DNA of 39,260 nt, taken from positions 1-39,260 of the forward strand of contig CAXHJY010001649.1 of NCBI GenBank assembly GCA_964016885.1, written 5' to 3'. The stretch comes from Eledone cirrhosa (Eukaryota). The translations under genes and the position numbers were made by a program. The notes under the pieces are model-generated. The model did not search any database, was not told the DNA's origin, and worked only from the letters and a program-made list of their open reading frames with translations. Below, one piece after another: positions 35,648 through 39,260 of the stretch; within the stretch, counting starts at the first letter, position 1; each line of letters opens with the position of its first letter.

Positions 35648-35740
35648 AATTGTTTCTACGTTAGGCACAAGGCCAGCAATTACCCAGTGTATTACTGGTA
35701 CTTTATTTTATCGACCCCGTAAGGATGAAAGGCAAAGTTA
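35648..35740 (-). mobile_element. Family 1 SINE 3' half
   Basis: Matches 19889-19980. Confidence 0.85.
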
Positions 35741-35752
35741 TAATGTTATATA

Positions 35753-36070
35753 TACTAGCAGAAAAACCACCCTACGTGTGGTTTTCTGCTAGCATGTGTA
35801 GTGTGTATATTGATATTATACGCAAGTATATATACATGTAGATATGATACATCAAATAAAATGGTAGTTGACAATATAAACAGAAATTGAACGAAGACGT
35901 TGTTACACTGTCTTATGTAATCAGTAACGTAATCCATGATACATTAAAAAAAGACGATATTATATATAAACTGCATTAGGAGAAAATTAGTGACAGAAAA
36001 TTAGTATGTTTATTTAAGTGATCGCCACCGGAAGTGTTGACATCACACACTCTCTCTTTCTATATATATG
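35753..36070 (+). mobile_element. Probable Helentron-type non-autonomous element
   Basis: ACTAGCAGAAAAACCAC...GTGGTTTTCTGCTAG hairpin start. Ends CACACACTCTCTCTTTCTATATATAT. Confidence 0.45.
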
Positions 36071-36218
36071 GTAGTTGAAGTGATGGTGGTGGCATCGATA
36101 TACCGGAAGTGCAACTTTGAAAAGAAGTCAATTTTAAATTATTTATTTTTACGAAATTATTTTTGTTTACGAAATTTAGTAGATAAATTATGTAATATCC
36201 ATTCATTATTTATTCAAT

Positions 36219-36407
36219 GCGGTGGATTGGCAGTATCTGTAGAGGGTCGGACGCCATGCTTTCCAGCATAGTTACGTCCCTTTACGATCTGAGTTCAAAT
36301 CCCGCCGAGGTTGACTTTGCCTTTCATCCTTACGGGGTCGATAAAATAAAGTACCAGTAATGCTCTGGGTAATTGCTGGCCTTGTGCCTAAAGTAGAAAC
36401 AATTATT
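36219..36407 (+). mobile_element. Full-length family 1 tRNA-derived SINE
   Basis: A box TGGCAGTATCTGTAGAG, B box GAGTTCAAATCCC, tail AGAAACAATTATT. Confidence 0.9.
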
Positions 36408-36679
36408 TATTCAAAGTAATCCAACTTATCTTACTAATTGGATAACAAAAAATAAACCGTACGCAGTCCTGCAGACCTTCCTTTATTATAGTTTATATAT
36501 ATATGTGTGTGTAATTTAGATATATATTTATTTATTTATTTATAACCACTGGTAAATGAAATAATTATCTTATTTTGTTTATTACATAACTAATAAGCTC
36601 TGTAGCCTTCATAGAGCACTCTTTTTTCCTGTACCTTTCTGACGGAAATACTTCATTTACACACACACACACACACACA

Positions 36680-36748
<69 letters not shown>

Positions 36749-36749
36749 G

Positions 36750-36814
<65 letters not shown>

Positions 36815-36815
36815 G

Positions 36816-36858
<43 letters not shown>

Positions 36859-37019
36859 TGTCTTTTCACCCAAATGCAGTGCAAACGCTCGGGTCATTGT
36901 GTGTCAGAAGAATTGCTTTTCTATCAAGGAGTGTTTCTGTCTATTGTGTATAAGATGTGTGTGTGTATATATGTGTCTATCTGTCTATCTGTTTGTTCTG
37001 TATGTGTCTCTCTTCTCCC

Positions 37020-37616
37020 GTTGTATGTAGTATTTGAGTGTGTATGTAACACTATTGTGTGTGTAAGTGTGTGTGTATGTGTGTGTAAGTGTGTGTGTAT
37101 GCGTGTGAGTATTTATGTGTGTTGTGTATGTCTCTCTCCATCTCTATGTAGTATTTGAGTGTGTATGTAACTCTATGGTGTGTGTGTATGTATGTGTGTG
37201 TGTGTCTATCTGCCTGTTGTGTGTGTGTCTCTCTCTCTCTCTCTCTCTATGTAGTATTTGAGTGTATGTAACTCTATGGTGTGTGTGTGTGTGTGTGTGT
37301 GAGTGTGTATGTGTGTTGTGTGTGTGTCTCTCTCTTTCTATGTAGTATTTGAGTGTGTATGTAACTCTATGGTGTGTGTGAGTATGTATGTGTGTTGTGT
37401 GTGTGTCTCTCTCTCTCTATGTAGTATTTGAGTGTGTATGTAACTCTATAGTGTGTGTGTATGTATGTGTGTGTGTATTTCTATCTGCCTGTTGTGTGTG
37501 TGTGTCTCTCTCTCTCTCTGTATGTAGTATTTGAGTGTGTATGTAACTTTATGGGGTGTGTGTGTGTGTGTGTATATGCCTGCCTGTTGTGTGTGTGAGT
37601 CTATCTGCCTGTTGTC

Positions 37617-37675
<59 letters not shown>

Positions 37676-37720
37676 GTTGTACTTGAGTGTGTATGTAACT
37701 CTATGGTGTGTGTGTGTGTG
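37020..37720. repeat. Compound minisatellite: about 7 copies of TATGTAGTATTTGAGTGTGTATGTAACTCTATGG separated by (TG)n(CT)n
   Basis: Cores near 37023, 37144, 37248, 37339, 37418, 37521 and 37672. Confidence 0.9.
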
Positions 37721-37954
37721 TATGTGTGTGTGTGCCTGTTGTATGTGTGTGTGTGTGTGTGTGTGGCTGGGTGGGGTGAATGAGAGTGTCTGTGTGCAAT
37801 GGCGTCCACGTGTGCACACCTTTTTGTGAACATCTGTTTATACATTGGTGAATGAACAGATACGTGTGTCTCAGCATCCTTATGTGCATCTATGTTTGCG
37901 TATTATTGCTACTCTTAATGACCGCTCCTATATAATTCTTCAAGCCCCCGCGCG

Positions 37955-38037
<83 letters not shown>

Positions 38038-38114
38038 GCACACACACACACATACGCACACACATATATTCACATACACATGCTTATTAACTTTCTCTCT
38101 CTCTCTCTCTCTCT

Positions 38115-38219
<105 letters not shown>

Positions 38220-38308
38220 TACATATATATATATGCATATATATATATGTACCCATCTTGTAAAACACTCTACCCGCCCTATTAACCGTCTTCTACATGT
38301 ACACACAA

Positions 38309-38373
<65 letters not shown>

Positions 38374-38426
38374 GATACATACATATATTTATATATAATG
38401 ATACATACATATATATATATATAAAT

Positions 38427-38457
<31 letters not shown>

Positions 38458-38469
38458 AATATATATAAT

Positions 38470-38547
<78 letters not shown>

Positions 38548-38654
38548 CATATATTTATATATAATGATACATACATATATATATATATAAATATATAAAT
38601 ATATATATAAATATATATATATATATAAATATATATAATGATACATACATATAA

Positions 38655-38915
38655 TGGACTTCCGTTGGTTTCGACGATGAGTGTTCCAGTTGCGTCGATT
38701 AACGGACCAGATTGCTCATTAAATTAGTGTGTAAGTGTCTGTGTATTCCACAGACACGTGTACTCTTAATGACATTACAGGTATCGTCCATCGGACAAGC
38801 TTCTAACCAGTTTCTCTCTACCCAAGTTTCACTAATAAGGCTTAGTTTGACCCGAGGCCATCTTAATTAATTCCTGCCCGACATACCTTGCACTCGATTC
38901 GAACCAGGAAACAAC
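38655..38915 (-). mobile_element. Decayed SINE-like repeat(s)
   Basis: Minus-strand B-box-like GGTTCGAATCG near 38895-38906. Body resembles octopus SINEs from recall only. Confidence 0.4.
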
Positions 38916-38945
38916 AGATAATTCTTCTATGCGCCTGCGTGTGTG

Positions 38946-39037
<92 letters not shown>

Positions 39038-39077
39038 AGTGTGGGTCTGTATCATTCTACTTATTTCCATGGGTTTT

Positions 39078-39110
<33 letters not shown>

Positions 39111-39161
39111 GCATGTATGGATGGACGTGAATATACACATTGATATGTGTATATACACATG

Positions 39162-39245
<84 letters not shown>

Positions 39246-39260
39246 AGTGTGTATGTGTAC

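Noticed and set aside
36219-36305. tRNA gene
   Set aside because: A/B boxes belong to a multi-copy SINE head with no acceptable cloverleaf.
37020-37720. CRISPR-like repeat/spacer appearance
   Set aside because: Spacers are related microsatellites of variable length, there are no cas genes, and the context is eukaryotic.

Overview
AT-rich, microsatellite-saturated eukaryotic DNA with no recognisable host gene. The tRNA-derived SINE resembles octopus repeats as I recall them, so a coleoid cephalopod is likely (inference). The window is a nested set of mobile elements. There are pieces of at least four Penelope-like retroelements (PLEs), including a near full-length one at 29497-33175, plus an RTE LINE 3' end with three C2H2 fingers, bipartite non-autonomous RTE derivatives, an R4/Dong-type RLE LINE, SINEs, Helitron/Helentron-type non-autonomous elements and MITEs. 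The signal the ORF track misses is RNA-level: seven minimal type I hammerhead ribozyme (HHR) motifs in five unrelated sequence contexts, three with a CCGA instead of CUGA core. In the largest PLE the 5' fold-back palindrome turns about 13 nt from the predicted HHR cleavage site. Most ORFs in the track are translated microsatellite and are not genes. All alignments and folds were done by eye.
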